Below, piece after piece: positions 63,858 through 64,000 of a DNA stretch of 64,000 bases (the stretch's first letter is position 1; the number at the start of each line of letters is the position of its first letter). The notes under the pieces are model-generated. The model saw nothing but the letters and a program-made list of their open reading frames with translations, did not search any database and was not told the DNA's origin. Source of the stretch: Auanema rhodensis (taxonomy: Eukaryota > Animalia > Nematoda); the NCBI GenBank assembly GCA_964057225.1, contig OZ059894.1, forward strand, positions 11,284,001 through 11,348,000, given 5' to 3'. A program made the translations under genes and the position numbers.

Positions 63858-64000
63858 ACAGTAAAAAGTCCAATCAAGAGAGAAATTTTTTCAACACATA
63901 GTTGTTTTTTTTTTAAATATCATTGTTTTTCCTCATAACTCGGTTTAAACTCGTTCTAACCCGTTGAAATACGTCTAGAAAGTCTTTATAACATGCATAT

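Larger units (their letters stand above)
1..64000 (-). repeat. Tandem array of ~2.48-kb U2 snRNA / 5S / 5S rDNA units, interrupted by retrotransposon insertions and one inversion
   Basis: Near-identical units recur with period 2467-2505 bp (e.g. U2 nt1 at 21968, 24445, 26922); length differences come mostly from the (AT)n tract. Confidence 0.98.

Overview
The whole window is a eukaryotic tandem array, probably from a nematode (inferred from recalled similarity of the 5S and U2 sequences to C. elegans, not from a search). The unit is ~2.48 kb and carries, all on the - strand, one U2 snRNA gene, two 5S rRNA genes 360 bp apart, an (AT)n microsatellite and an AT-rich spacer. I count 14 intact U2 genes and 30 complete plus 1 partial 5S genes. 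A U2-specific non-LTR retrotransposon (Utopia-like, R2/NeSL group; zinc fingers, RT, CCHC, restriction-like endonuclease; 3727 bp) has invaded the array. Its seven copies all have the 3' junction at U2 nt 37/38: one intact, one full-length with a nonsense codon, one inverted with a 526-bp deletion, and four 5'-truncated. Main observations: (1) every 5'-intact copy is headed by U2 sequence ending exactly at nt 96, just before the Sm site, which recreates the target. One copy carries U2 nt 2-96 plus an extra A tract with no promoter, pointing to a U2-promoter-driven chimeric RNA. (2) A 918-bp non-coding passenger, made of a U2 1-79 head, a novel body and the element's last 179 bp, sits in such a regenerated target. 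(3) A decayed copy of that passenger's 5' junction is fixed in every array unit. (4) The host U2 deviates from a near-universal motif right at the insertion site. The short recurrent ORFs in the track are not genes.
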